From Octopus vulgaris (taxonomy: Eukaryota): a stretch of DNA of 64,000 nt. Every line of letters starts with the position of its first letter. The first letter of the stretch is position 1. The position numbers and the translations under genes were made by a program. The stretch is taken from NCBI GenBank assembly GCA_951406725.2, contig OX597825.1, forward strand, positions 44,082,001-44,146,000. Direction: 5' to 3'. The notes under the pieces are model-generated. The model ran no database searches. It was given only the letters and a program-made list of their open reading frames with translations, and had not been told where the DNA came from. This document shows positions 43,208 through 57,265 of this stretch, piece by piece.

Positions 43208-44460
43208 TCATGCGATGATAGCTACTTCTAAGTGTTCCAGTGGAGTGGTGAATGCACTCTCGATACCCTTCCAATCAGCTTTGTGAAAATTCAGGTTGGA
43301 GAGGAGTTGGGTGCTTCTAGTAGCCTGCACGTCTGTAGTCTTCTGCAGACCATACATTGTTAGTTCTATTAAGTTATAGTCCGGGAAAATCGTCGGTTCC
43401 ACCCCAGCATTATGGATGAGCACCGTGTTGCTTGTGAAACAGAGGTCCAGGGCATTTTTTCTCTTTGTTGGGTAGAGTACCATTTGCTCCATAACGAGCA
43501 TGTTAGTGAGGTCGAGCAGAGATTCTGCATGCCTCAGGTCATGCAGTGACATACCTGAGAGGTGGCCCTCAGGCCATTTGACATAAGGAAGATTGAAATT
43601 CTCTAAGAAAAGTATGTGCAGGATGTCATCCAGGCTGGTTAATACTTTTCACATTTCTTGGAGACTCTCTTCAAATGAATCCCCATGATTTGGAGCATCT
43701 GGCGGGCGATACACGGTATATATCACTAGTTTCATCTGTTTAATGTGTACCACCAGAGTGTCACAGACTGAGTTTGAGTGTAACAGCATGACATCTTCCC
43801 GGGTGTACATTGCCACTTCACCATGAGTCCTTTCTCTCCTGTCAATTCGAAACACAACATACCCTGGTATGTGTATCTCAACATCTGATATGTCCACATT
43901 CAGATGTGTTTCTGTTAGTGACACATATATTGCTTGATTACCTGCCACTATGGCTCTCAGGTACTGTGTTTTGCGATGTTGGGACGTTACGAGGCCACTG
44001 ATGTTCAGCAAGAATACTGGTGTGACATGTAGGGTGTCGGTAGTGGCCACTGGTCTGACATGTACAGAGGTGGCCAACCCGGATCCTTTCTTGTTTGAGG
44101 TGGTCGTGGATATTGTTGAGTGTTCCTCATACTGGATGTCCGGTGAAGCCAGGTCAGCTGCCTAACTATCTTCTGTGCAACCTCCAAAAAAGCCGATATC
44201 TGCACTGCATCGATAGTTTGTTTGCTCATAGGAGCAGTGCTTGCATCATCTACACACTTCCATGGTGATGGCATTGTATCTTGTGATTTGATGCTGTGTT
44301 GTTGGAGGCTGTTCTTCCTGTGCCGCAAGCGAGGGGAACAAGCACATCTCATATGCGGTTTGGGATGAGCAAATCTGCAGCTTGTCCCAATGTCACCTAT
44401 ATAAGTACACATTATATAGAACTTGAACACTGGTTTGGTTTCCTTTTTACCAAAGCCATT
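43208..44460 (-). mobile_element. CR1/L2-group LINE 5' part (upstream region plus APE), decayed
   Basis: LLNISGL, LTETHL, PGYVVFRIDR, HSNSVCDTLVVHI, YRPPDAP match the N-terminus of ORF 16880. Confidence 0.8.
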
Positions 44461-44714
44461 ACCTTTGCAGGTTTATATGTGTATATAGGTATATATATAT
44501 GTGTGTGTGTGTGTGAGTGTATATAATTATATGTATGTATATATATGTGTGTATATATATATATGTTTAAACATATATATATATGTATATATATAGACGT
44601 CTATATATATATGCATATATATATACATATAGATATATATGTGTATATATATGTATATACGTCTATATATATACATATAGATATATATGTGTATATGTAT
44701 ATACGTCTATATAT

Positions 44715-44760
<46 letters not shown>

Positions 44761-44777
44761 ATACATACATATATGTA

Positions 44778-45885
44778 TATTCCTTGCTTTGGTTAGGTCT
44801 TTTCATGAAGACATGAACGGTAGGGGGAATGTTAGAGGGAAAATGTCAGAGCCCATTTCAATACAAAATGGAGTGAAACAGGGGGATATTCTGGCACCGA
44901 CCCTATTTTCCATATATTTCGCGATGGTGTTCTGTATTGCATTCAGAAACTGCAGATACGGTGTTTACGTCCATTATCGAACCTCTGGCAGCATATTTAA
45001 TATCAGGCGCTTGCTGCAAAAACAAAGATATTTACCTCTATCATAAGAGACCTTTTGTATGCAGATGATTGTGAGCTAGTAGCACACACAGAGATTGATA
45101 TGCAACACATTTTGAATGCATTCTCTGACGCTTGCACTGTTTTAGGATTGACAGTGAATCTCAAGAAAACTGTTGTCATGCATCAACCTGCCCCTGGTAA
45201 GCAGTATAGTGTACCAAATATCTATATGTATGGTAAACGACTTGATGTAGTTGATCAGTTTGTCTACCTGGGAAGCACTATTAATAGATATAGCAATGTG
45301 GATGATGAAATTCCATATAGAATTAGGAAAGCAAGTGTTGCTTTCGGAAGGCTAGAAAAGCGCCTCTGGAGTCGGTGAGACATATGCAGAAAAACAAAGA
45401 TAAAGGTGTACAAGGCATGTGTGCTCACTTCTATTCTCTATACCTGCGAGACGTAGGCCACATATCAATACCACCTTAAACAACTGGAACGTTTCCATCA
45501 GATGTGCCTCAGACAGATCTATGGCATTAAGTGGAAGGACCGCATCAGTGTTCTTGAAATATTGGAAGGCTCTCGGTGTGAAAGTATAGAAGCTCTTGTG
45601 TTAAAGCAAAGGCTCAGATGGAGTGGTCATCTGGTCAGAATGAAGGATTCAAGGATGCCAAAACAACTCTTTTATGGAGAGTTAGCTAAAGGATAACGAC
45701 TTCCACATAAACCAAAAAAGAGGTATAAGGACTTGCTGAAGGCTTCCTTAACAGATGCTTACATCTCTCCTGACACATGGGAAGGCATAGCTATTGATCG
45801 TAGCAGGTAAAGAAGGATTGTGCATGAGGGGACAGCCACTTTTGAGAAATCTCGAGTTGCACATGAGAAAGTAATGTTTTGCAAT
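44778..45885 (+). mobile_element. Decayed RTE (BovB-like) LINE RT region
   Basis: NGVKQGDILAPTLFSIYF, YADD, FVYLGS, QRLRWSGHLVRM..PKQLFYGEL, with stops. Confidence 0.88.
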
Positions 45886-46022
45886 GTCAGAAGCCTTCGA
45901 ACGGGGTTCGTTTTCCACAATTCTCTTCAAACAGCAAAGCTTCCTTTTCGATGGCCCAGGTCGGTCTGCACGAAAATCTGTTGATTCTTTTCCTTGGCTT
46001 TTGAATTGCGCTATAATACACA

Positions 46023-47473
46023 TTATACACATTAACACAATATGCAAAAAGGGTGAACCTAATTCACTCCGCCATAGATGTATGTCAGGGGAGATAACTT
46101 TACTATTACAACTTAACCAAGAAATTTTATTTTACTTAATCTGTAGAGGAAGGACAGTGTCTGTGATATTTTGTAGAGCAGTGCTTCTCAAACTATCTGA
46201 AATAGCCTACTGGCAGTTTTTTCTTTTTTTCTTTTTTTCCAATGTGCCAGGGACCGGTAATATTTCTTAGTAATATTAATTTATACCAGAAACAATATAT
46301 ATAATGAATATAATAAAAGTTGACAATTTTTTTATCTTATATTTATTTTGTAAACAAATAATACAATATTACATAAACATTTTATAATGTTTCTTTCTTT
46401 TCTGGAAACTCGCTGCATACCGGCAGCTGATGTCTCACAGACTGGTACCGGTCCATGGACCACCACTTTGATGGAGGAAACCAGAAAGAAACCCTGTCAC
46501 ATTGGTTCAAATATTTATCAAAGAGTGGATGCTACTAAAAGTACCAACCCCTTCAACAAGCTTCAACATAGTTTCTATTCATCCCACTTCACTTAAACAG
46601 TTTGAATTTAATATAAAGCTTGAAAGTAAGGTGAATATACTTGTCTAAGGTGCTGTACAGTAGATTTAAATTCAGAAACACTTGCTTTTGTTTAAAAATT
46701 TGTTTAAATTTCTTAAACACATGACTTTATATCTTATCACTAAACAAATATTGTGGTCATTCATCAAAATATTCTCTGAATGAATACATATTCAAATCAA
46801 AACCACGTGACTATTTATGGCAGTTGCACTGTCATGGCTTTTTTGCTTTTGTTTTCTAACACAAACAATTTTTCTTCTCTTTTATAATTAAGTTTTTCCT
46901 CCACTTCTCATAACATGCCTAACACGTTTTTGAACACAAATACTATTTAAAACAGATTTATCAGCGAAACATCATAATATTTGTTTTTATATCTTCCATA
47001 TTTTCCCCCCTTTACGAAAATATTAAATAATTAGGAAGTTTTTTTTAGAAAATTGTATGTCACCCACCATAACTTTTATACACATTAACACAATATGCAA
47101 AAAGGGTGAACCTAATTCACTCCGCCATAGATGTATGTCAGGGGAGATAACTTTACTATTACAACTTAACCAAGAAATTTTATTTTACTTAATCTGTAGA
47201 GGAAGGACAGTGTCTGTGATATTTTGTAGAGCAGTGCTTCTCAAACTATCTGAAATAGCCTACTGGCAGTTTTTTCTTTTTTTCTTTTTTTCCAATGTAC
47301 AGGGACCGGTAATATTTCTTAGTAATATTAATTTATACCAGAAACAATATATATAATGAATATAATAAAAGTTGACAATTTTTTTATCTTATATTTATTT
47401 TGTAAACAAATAATACAATATTACATAAACATTTTATAATGTTTCTTTCTTTTCTGGAAACTCGCTGCATACC
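46023..47473 (+). repeat. ~399 bp near-identical direct duplication (46023-46421 and 47076-47473)
   Basis: Direct comparison shows 1-2 differences. Includes a hAT-like MITE end, CAGTGCTTCTCAAA. Confidence 0.9.
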
Positions 47474-48399
47474 TACCTTGAAATATTGTCAATGCATTGC
47501 CATGTGACAAAATATTTTAGAGAAACATTAACACTGTAAAAGAAATATGTTTTCTTTAATTAAACATTATTTTACAGAAAATTAGATTCTTTCATACTGT
47601 GTTTCCTTTGAATGTAAATGGTGTTTCTTTTGAATATATACTTCATGCCTTCATTTATGGTAAATTTTTTCTGTAGGCTCCAACTTAATTCAAGGAATTA
47701 TAAAGAATACACGATTAGAAAGATATTTATAAAAGTATATTGCTCTGTCAAGAGTTATCCTCCACCTTGAATATTTCAAAGTCTTTTCAGACTTAAGATT
47801 AATTGGAATTATTTTTATTATTTTTTATATGTTCGTTTTTAATAGATAAAAATAAAACGTATGCACTTATGGAGAATTTAACAACTTTCACCCCACCATC
47901 AGTACCTGAAGTGCACATGGAGAATAAACATGAAGAAGACACAAGAAAGAGATTTCCTTAAATGCCCAGTAGATAGTTTCTATTTCTTTAATGACTGGAA
48001 TTAACAGTGGAGAAAGATGCTTTGAAAACATAGCTGCTAGAATAGGAAACTAGCTAGAGAGAGTTCAGAGAGCTATTACCTCTATTAGAGTGTATGATGC
48101 TTGCATATGAACTGCAATGCTACATCGAAAGATCTATACTAAGAATATTATTGCATAAACATATTCAAAATGAGATAATTCAAGAACAGAACAGAATACC
48201 AAAAGCACATGTTCTACTGGGTTGCACAGCATGACTTACCCACTTCGTGTTGCATTCACATATACAAATACATGGCAATCTGTACTTAAACGTAATCCAC
48301 AGAAAGTGGAACTGTCTAAGGGATATAACTCTGAATAGACTAAACTTACCATTAAGTTACTTGAATTCCACGCTTTTATTGTATCTTTCGTGTCTTGTG

Positions 48400-48520
48400 G
48401 GTCGCCGTTCTTTTGTTTACAAACCTCCAATAGAGTATAAATATTCGTGTTCATATATATATATATTTAAACACGAATATTTATACTGTATTGGAGGTTT
48501 GTAAACAAAAGAACACCGAT

Positions 48521-48522
<2 letters not shown>
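48400..48522. repeat. ~52 bp-arm hairpin with a (TA)n loop
   Basis: GTTCTTTTGTTTACAAACCTCCAATAGAGTATAAATATTCGTGTT and its reverse complement. Confidence 0.85.
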
Positions 48523-48554
<32 letters not shown>

Positions 48555-49338
48555 CGTTTTTGGATTTGGTTTGCAAGATTCTTTAGGTAGAGTAGAATAG
48601 TTAGTGGACTGTTAGGTAGATAAAGATATGTATGTGTGTGTATGCCCCCGCCACTTCCTTTTTATGTATGTAAGCATGAAAATAAACAGATCAACATACA
48701 GACGGATAGGTACATAAGCTATAAGAACAGACACATATGGGGACACGGAACCACACATATAAAGATGCACGTCCATACATACAAACATGGTACATAGTTG
48801 CATAACACACACACACACAGACATGCACACACAAGGAGACAGAGGTGCATACATATACAAACACATGCTCACACACACATACTTAGAAAATACACAAACA
48901 ACAGACATGCAAGCACATAAATATGCAGGATATGTACATACAGATGCACACACATACATATATACATATGTATACACACACATATATACATACATACACA
49001 TGCAAACACACACATACATACATACGTACATGCATGCATGTCTAGGCACACACATACACTGACCCACACACATGCGCACAAACAAACAAAAAGGAACGCA
49101 GTGTAAATAACAGACACAGTCAAAACTATTGAAAATATTGCAAGGCGCAACGAAAATTTTAGAAAATAAAAATAAGAAAGAAGTGGAAATTTTACCGGTG
49201 AGTGTGTTACATTATAAGGCACAAAAAGGAAATGACTCTCCCCAGACACAACAGGATATATATATGTGATCTCTTAAGCACCACCAGCTCAAATATTGTC
49301 TCCTCTGTCTTCCCTCCTTGGGATCTTTCCTTCTCCTT

Positions 49339-49373
49339 GTTTCCGACGAAGAGCTCAGCTCGAAACGTTAAAC
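49339..49373 (+). ncRNA. Minimal type I HHR (U4>C, extra A after A9)
   Basis: GTTT-CCGACGA-A-GAGC TCA GCTC-GAAAC-GT-T-AAAC. A more degenerate relative lies at ~12475-12512. Confidence 0.6.
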
Positions 49374-49484
49374 CCTCCTGCCCTTCTTTCCTGAGCGTCA
49401 ATAATACTTTAATTGTTCCACGTCCTGCGTTGCTGTGTTGTTTTCTTTTTTTTTCCCTTTTTTTCTGTGTTTTCTTGTTTTGAT

Positions 49485-49532
<48 letters not shown>

Positions 49533-49677
49533 TAGATAGATACACACACATACATACATAGACAGACAGCCAGACAGATAGATAGATAGATAGACTCACC
49601 GCACATACACACGCGCACACGCACACACACACACGCACACGCACCCACGCATGGACGCATGCACACACATCTACACT

Positions 49678-50210
49678 TTATAGCAGATTAAGCTTTGAGT
49701 AAACCCTGAAAGCTTTTGCATTTTGGAAGTGACACACAAGGAAGGGATTTAATTTCATATCACCAGCGGCATTTTCTCCCAGAAATGTCAGACAACTTTT
49801 GGAAGCTTTAAATCCTGGTGCTGACTTTGCTTCTCGAGAAATGAAAATTTCTAGAAGGCATGCATTTCCAGAGAAGTGACGTTTTATCAAATTTGTAAGC
49901 TTAACTTAGTGTGTAGGCACCTTCAACAATCTTCAGCTGCCCAAGATAATTAGCAGCAAATTAGCAGCTTTGCTTGTTATTCTTATGTTTGCAGATTCAA
50001 GCGCTTCATAAACGTTTTTCATTGGAAAATTTCGACTTCCTTTTTCTGTCTTATAAATTTTGGGCTTAAAAATCTTTTTTTAATTTTTATTAATTACCAT
50101 TGTGCTTATCGGCACATTACGGGAAAATATGATCTTCGATTCATACACTTAGGACCCTTTCCATTTTATGCACCACATTAGCTCTCTTACAAATTAAGGT
50201 CCGATCACGA
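49678..50210 (-). mobile_element. Tigger/pogo transposase remnant
   Basis: IFISREAKSAPGFKASKSCLTFLGENAAGDMKLNPFLV resembles the TIGD/Tigger DDE region. Confidence 0.8.
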
Positions 50211-50664
50211 CTTGTTCCCACTGGAGACAGTGCAAGCTTAAATGTTTTTGGGAGTGGAGCTGATTTTTTTCCCTCACGTATCAAGCTTTTTAAAAAGCCA
50301 CAGCCACAAGTATAAAATCCAGTGTGATTTCTTTACGTTTCCTTTTCGCTCTACTGTTTTCAGTTCCACTGGATGGCTTGTTTCAAACAACGTGGGTTGT
50401 AGGTAAAATCCAACAACGGCGGCGATCAGCAATTATCTATAACAAATGTGTAGTAAGAACAAGAAGCACCTGTAAGGAACTGTTTTGTGCGAGCAAAAGA
50501 TTTTTGCCTTACTGCTACAGATGTAAGAATGGAAATGAGAATATGAAAGGTGAAAGAGTGAAATGGGATGATTACAATTAGTTGAAGGGTTACAACGTTC
50601 ATGAGCACTTCGCCCCTTACCACTATGAATTAAGCCATAAAAACTCTACATGTTACTTTCTCAC

Positions 50665-50734
<70 letters not shown>

Positions 50735-50753
50735 ATATACATACATACATACA

Positions 50754-51273
50754 GGGTGGCTGCCCCCTCGTTATCGAGTATGGCCATTGCACGAAGCTTA
50801 ATCAATGTTGTTATCGTGCAATGCCTGTGCAAGAAGATTTTTTTTTAAGTGAGGAAAGGCTGTGCGCTGAGTCAGTCCCACTCACTAAGCAACAGCAGCC
50901 ATAATCCGAAAAGAAGAACAAGTCAACATCATCGGTAACCACTGAGCCACAGGTTTTATGTCGGAGTTATCCTAATTACCTGAGTTACTTTCGCCTAGAA
51001 GGATGCCCTAACAAAGGCTAGGAGTCCTTCACTCCCAATGGTTTAACCGCGCGATCGGGTATTCAGTCCGATTATTTCTAGTGATCCCCGTGCATGATAC
51101 AGCCTTAAGACATTTATTGGATGGCCGTTGACTCTCAAGAGTTCCTCCGCCCTTTGACGGGTTTTGTTTTTCATCCCGCTGGGTGTCCAATAAACACCCT
51201 CCTCACCAAGCAAGCTTGGTGGGGTTGCCGGTTTAGCCGCCAACGACCCAACCATGCAACAGGTTGTACTGGG

Positions 51274-51278
<5 letters not shown>
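50754..51278 (-). mobile_element. Non-coding ~530 bp element, probably RTE-derived (5' UTR plus 3' end)
   Basis: Reverse complement of 57840-58352; flanked by (CATA)n on both sides. Confidence 0.65.
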
Positions 51279-51304
<26 letters not shown>

Positions 51305-52197
51305 CATACATACATACATACATACATACATACATGCATACACGAACACACTCCGTTGTGTTGGCATATATATAGCTATAAACACAAATATATATAGCTA
51401 GTTTTGATACTATTACTGTTGTTGCCAGTATTCTTATTTCAATGTTTTGTCGTGTTGTCTCATGTAAAAATTCACGTCTATCCAGGATTTGCAGTAGTGA
51501 TCTCCGTCATTTGGAGTAGACTAAACCCCGCTTTACATTAGTGTCTTTTACATTCAAGATGTTGATCATGGTTGCTTCAAAGTCGGCGGTTACTTAGTAG
51601 CAAGAACTTCTCCATTGGACTGCTTTCATACTTATGCAGGACCTGTGTAGGACTTTCCAGATGGCATCGTGGTATACCATATCAAAAGCTTTTGTTAAAT
51701 CAAAGACCGTGTATAGGTCCTAGGTCTAATCTCTAGTCTTCTGTTGGACGTCAAGCGAATACCATATCAATTGTGCTTCGATCACGACGGAAACTGCATT
51801 GGGATTTAGTGTACACAGTGTCCACTAGATGAAGAATGTTGCAGTTGAACATGACTGCCGGTAGTGGAGAGGAGTGATAAGCCATGATGGCTTGTTGCAA
51901 CAGTATTTGTTTTTCGTTTGTATAGATGTACTGTAGAGTCATCGTTGTCATCCTGTGGAACACTTGGTTCGATATGGTCTGATAACGTTTGGTGAATTTT
52001 TAACCAGATGAGTTCCGCCATATTTGTAAACCTCGGATGATATGCCGTCAGGCCTGGTGGCTTCCCGGAGGACAACTGTTTTATGGTTTTCGTCAGCTAT
52101 AAGAGGGATGGTCCCTAGTCATGCTGATCCAAGATATCGTGTAGTAGAAAGGTATGAATGATGTCATTGTTTGCTGTTCGTATATGGTTTAGGATTG

Positions 52198-52400
52198 AGG
52201 GTGGCGAATTGGCACAATCATTTCCGCACCGAACAAAATGCTTGTGGTATTTCGCCCATCTTTACGTTCTGAGTTCAAATTCCATTGAGACTTTGCCTTT
52301 CATCCTTTCGGGGTCGGCGAAGTAAATTGATCACTGAGGTCGATGTAATCGCATTATCACTCCCCAGAAATTGCTGGCCTTGTGCCAAATTTTGAAACTG
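52198..52400 (+). mobile_element. tRNA-derived SINE
   Basis: TTTACGTTCTGAGTTCAAATTCC..GCCTTTCATCCTTTCGGGGTCG is shared with 55278. Confidence 0.75.
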
Positions 52401-52723
52401 ATACTTGGTTTAAGTGTTTAAGTGCTCTGCTCAACTAGAGAGGATGTCGTTCTTCTCTGTACGAAGCTGGGTGCCCTCTGGTGTTAGAACCGGTGCAGTG
52501 ATACTAGTCTAGCCTTGAGATTCTCAAGTCTTCATGTCATGTTTATCAGTAGCTGCCTGTAGTTCAGATGTTTTGTTCCCCCGCTATATGTTCTTCATGG
52601 CTCTTAGTCTGATCTACAAGGCATGTGTAGCAATATCGTCTCTCATTGCTATCTTCACTGTTTGAGAAAAGTATTAAGAATAACCTCGGTAGAGATTACA
52701 AACATCTTCGGCTAGTTCAACAT

Positions 52724-53771
52724 TGTTGTAAACACTAATTCGATTGGCTGACACGTTGGTCTCTACTACGTTCGCACCGCTGGTTATCACTTGGCGCGAT
52801 TTGCCTCCGTTTATTTTCGCGCCATAGTTCCAAGCAGCCAATCACAGCTTTCCATTTCTGAAGTTCATTTTGAGCCCAATAAACTGTATAAAACAAAGGT
52901 TTCTCAGACAAATATCCGTCTTAGGCTTTTAGTTCTTTTTAGAGCTAAGTCTCTGACCACAGAGCTCGTCTGTCGGCTTAAGACCTTCTAAGGTCCTGGT
53001 CGGAGACCATATAACCAGACATAACGGCATCACCAACTCCGTCGCTACCTACGAAGATTTAGCTCGTACATAAGATGGCTACAAAACCAACTCATACTGT
53101 TTGTGTGAAAACCACACCACGGAAAAACAGTTGCAGGAATCTATATCAAGAGGAACAAAAACCAAGCAAACATCGTCCCTAGCTACGAAGTTTTAAATAG
53201 TACACAAGACTATCACAGATTCAACTCAAGCGGTTAGGTGAAAATCTCACCACGAGAAAACGGCTACAGTGAATATATCTGAAAGGAATTCATATCAGGA
53301 AGATAAACGCAACAAGCGATTCAACAGATGTCAGCTCCGAGACACAACATTTTGATATTGAACTCTTACACCTCGTGTACCTCATAAACAGTAAATCAAT
53401 TACCTGTCTTTAGTTCTTGTAAGAACCAGCTTCAGAGACAGCGCTAAACAACAAAATGATACAACTGTTCCTTAACCACTATGCCAATGTACGCTCAACA
53501 ACCAAAGACTGCTATCTTCCACCATCAGGTACTTTTCTATGTCAACCACATTCATTGTTCTGTCACACACTAACACACAGACACAAACACGTGTTGCATG
53601 CTCCCATACACTTCCAACCTTAACTTCATTGTAAATAAAATCTTATCTTGCCTCTCAAACAGTGACTTGTTGTCAATCCCTTATGTTCTATTGTGCTGCA
53701 TGTATAAATGGTTTGTCCTAACTCTTTAAGAATGGGATCGCGTGCGATTGTATTTCCTATATGATACGACC
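52724..53771 (+). mobile_element. Probable solo LTR
   Basis: Begins TGTTGTA and ends TACGACC; ACAT on both sides (4-bp TSD); AATAAA near 53634; the RTE appears to continue across it. Confidence 0.45.
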
Positions 53772-54869
53772 ACATGGAACCCCGTTTTACATGTTTCGCT
53801 TGCTGATACCTGGCCTTAGTTCCTGCTGACTTGGTAGATGGACCAAAAAGTCGTTCACATTACCAGACTGGAGCAGACTGTTGATTAGATCACAGCAATC
53901 AAGGGAGTCATATGCTTAAAGTTTACAGAAACATAACTAAGCGTGTAAAGAAGTTCATAGTATCAATTCTCAAGGCACAAGAAAATTGCACTGAACTAGG
54001 ATATACCCTGGATAAAGTTCTGGACAATATGTCAGACGACACACTGAGTATTGAACAATATTAAAAGAGCTTAAAGCAACTTACAAGACAGCAGTTGGGA
54101 TTCTTGGTTTTGTCAAATGCAAACATCAAGACAAGTTCAATGAGAATGATCAGATCATTGCAAGGGGTGAAATAAAGCGCGAAGTGTTAAAAAAAATGAA
54201 ACTAAAAATCGAACATCAAATAATCGAGATGGTGAGATTAAAAACCAAAGAAAAAGGCGAAATAGTGTAAGTTCTACAAAGTAAATTGGAAGATATAGGA
54301 AAGCTGGTGTATATGTCTTACTAGAACGTTGGAAGGGGAGAAGAAAAATAGACTTGTTTGAAAGAAGTGGTCCTTTTTCATACAAGCAGAGAAAAGTGAT
54401 AGCTGAGTGTGAGAGTAAAAGCATCCGTAGGCATTAAGTGGCTGTCGATGAAGCAGTGACTGGTTGCTGTAGCTATTGGTAAAGAGGGTAGAGGGAAGTA
54501 AGCGATTCACTGGTGCGAATCAAAAAAAGAATAGTCAAAGAGTGGAGGTGTGAGTCTGAGACGGCCACTGAGTATGCGCGTCGCGTGTAAATGTGTATGG
54601 GAAAGTAAAAGCGTTTAATGTCCGTGAAGAGAGGGAATGGAGAGCTAAAGGTGTACACACGACACACACATACACACTTATATGTATGTAAACACCTACA
54701 CATTCCTCCTCTCTTTTACTCTCTCTCACGCACGCGCGCGCAAACACAAATACACATCTACTTGAAATTTGGAGTAATTCTCGATTCCTGAGATTATTTT
54801 TCCTGCTCACTTACAGCTGACTTCAATTTCCACAGAACAATTATTATTGCAATAAATCATGAATTTATA

Positions 54870-55072
54870 TTGGTTCCAAATTTTGGCACAAGGCCAGCAA
54901 TTTTGTGGGAGGGGTAAGTCGATTACATCAACTCGAGTGCTCAACTGCTATTTATTTCATCCACCCCGAAAGGGTGAAAGGTAAAGTTGACCTCGGCGGA
55001 ATTTGAGCTCAGAACATAAGACGGACGAAATGTCGCTAAGCATTTTGTCCGGCGTGCTAACGATTCTGCTAG
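54870..55072 (-). mobile_element. tRNA-derived SINE
   Basis: Reverse complement of the 55278/52198 family. Confidence 0.8.
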
Positions 55073-55277
55073 GTGAGCATTTTATCATGAATCTATATTG
55101 CATGGCATTTATTAGAGCCTTATTTATCAGTGTGCTGGTGGCCACTGAGTTATTTCTGTTTCGTTTATACACATATACACAGATGTGTTCTATTTCTATG
55201 TGTTCCGTTAGAGGAGATAAAGTAGGACAACTCTGTGCTGATGAACTTTATCGAGTAAGAAGTACGTGTCTGCATAA

Positions 55278-55650
55278 GGCGGCGAGCTGGCAGAAACGTT
55301 AGCACGCCGGGCGAAATGCGTAACCGTATTCCGTCTGGCTTTACGTTCTGAGTTCAAATTCAGCCGAGGTCGACTTTGCCTTTCATCCTTTCGGGGTCGA
55401 TAAATTAAGTACCAGTTACGCACTGGGGTCGATGTAATTGACTTAATACCTATGTCTGTCCTTGTTTGTCCCCTCTATGTTTAGCCCCTTGTGGCTTTAC
55501 GTTCTGAGTTCAAATTCAGCCGAGGTCGGCTTTGCCTTTCGTGGTCGATTAAATAAGTACCACTGTGGTCGATGTAATCAACTTAGTCCGTTTGTCTGTC
55601 CTTGTTTGTCCTCTCTGTTTAGCCCCTTGTGGGCAATAAAGAAATAAGAA
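55278..55650 (+). mobile_element. tRNA-derived SINE with an internal tandem duplication
   Basis: Head GGCGGCGAGCTGGCAGAAACGTTAGC, B-box-like GAGTTCAAATTC, central GCCTTTCATCCTTTCGGGGTCGATAAA; ~55336-55491 is repeated at 55492-55631. Confidence 0.85.
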
Positions 55651-56109
55651 GTAGTGTCCGCAGCTGTTCTTCCTCTTCAAACAATCAAATGACTTTTTCT
55701 TTAATGAGATGCCAATTGAGAGAATTGTTGATCCTTCAGATCACACACACACACACACAAATAGATATACATACGTAAATGCACGCATACATACATATAT
55801 GTGTATATGTATCTGTGTGATTGTGCATGTGTATGCATATATATGTGTGTGTGTGTGTGCATATATATATGTGTGTGTGTGTGTATGTATGTGTGTCTGC
55901 ATATATATATAATGTACATGCACACACAATGAGAAGTATTTAAAAAATGGCTGACCCAAAGCATTTCTTTGTAAGTTATTGATCCAGTTATAAGTTTCCT
56001 TTTTTTTTCTTTGTCGTCCATGTGATGTGTTCATGCATTTATGCTTTAGACTAATGATAGCACCCAGAAACACACACATTTATAGATATTCATACAAACA
56101 TGTTCACAT

Positions 56110-56470
56110 AGGCGCAGGAGTGGCTGTGTGGTAAGTGGCACCTTGGGCAAGTGTCTTCTACTATAGCCTCGGGCCGACCAAAGCCTTGTGAGTGGATTTG
56201 GTAGACGGAAACTGAAAGAAGCCCGTCGTATATATGTATATATATATATGTATGCGTGTGTGTGTTTGTGTGTCTGTGTTTGTCCCCATAGCATTGCTTG
56301 AAAACCGATGCTGGTGTGTTTGTGTCCCCGTCACTTAGCGGTTCGGCAAAAGAGACCGATAGAATAAGTACTGGGCTTACAATAGAATAAGTTCCGGGGT
56401 CGAGTTGCTCGATTAAAGGCGGTGCTCCAGCATGGCCGCAGTCAAATGACTGAAACAAGTAAAAGAGTAA
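56110..56470 (+). mobile_element. tRNA-derived SINE with a LINE-like 3' tail
   Basis: Multiple copies in the window; tail GGCGGTGCTCCAGCATGGCCGCAG. Confidence 0.85.
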
Positions 56471-56981
56471 GAGTATACACTCACACGCAAATATCTGCAC
56501 ATATTCGCATACATACATAAATACATACATACATGCATGCATCTATTCATTCACCCATCTGTCTGTAATTATCGAGGTACTGGGATATGTAACACACTGC
56601 CTAAGCCCCAATCTCGAGAAAGTAAGCTTCTCAAAACCAGAAAAGAGAATGCTGATTCAAGGACGACAGATCCAAGCCATCACTGGAACTGTATATCTTG
56701 CAAACAACTTGCATATGCAAGTGCTACCAGTTAAAAGCTCCGTATATCGGAAGCTAGCAAGTGTATGGGGTCATCAGGAGAGAATGCGCGCCGTTTCGGG
56801 GCCTACCTCTCGACGGCACCACTGATATGAGGCCCCGCTTGCTAGATCAGCTGGTTATGAAGAACTCAATATACTTCTAGCCATTTGTACTTATTCTATC
56901 GGTCTCTTTGTAAAACTTTCCAGAAGTTTATCATTTAAGTAAATATGAGCATGTCTAGACATGTAACTATATGCATGAGAA

Positions 56982-57180
56982 TACATACATACATACATAC
57001 ATACATACATACATACATACATACATACATACATACATACATGCATGCATGCATGCATGCATACATACATACATACATACATACATACATACATACATAC
57101 ATACATACATACATACATACATGCATGCATGCATGCATACATACATACATACATACATACATACATACATACATACATAC
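56982..57180. repeat. (TACA)n/(TGCA)n microsatellite
   Basis: Direct read. Confidence 0.95.
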
Positions 57181-57265
57181 AAATTTACAGAAAACAAAAG
57201 ACGAAGACAGATGTAGGAACAACAAGCAGGTGTATTAGTTTAATGCTCGGGAAGAATGGAAAAGT

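Larger units (their letters stand above)
51440..53850 (-). mobile_element. Decayed RTE LINE with a nested SINE and LTR
   Basis: SQCSFRRDRSTIDMVFA and SSGKPPG motifs. Confidence 0.65.

Noticed and set aside
47846-48170. Acceptor-like site followed by a coding-like stretch
   Set aside because: Stops appear within ~40 codons and there is no identifiable homology.
56785-56820. HHR-like CCGTCGA..GAAAC on the minus strand
   Set aside because: No NUH site and several core changes.
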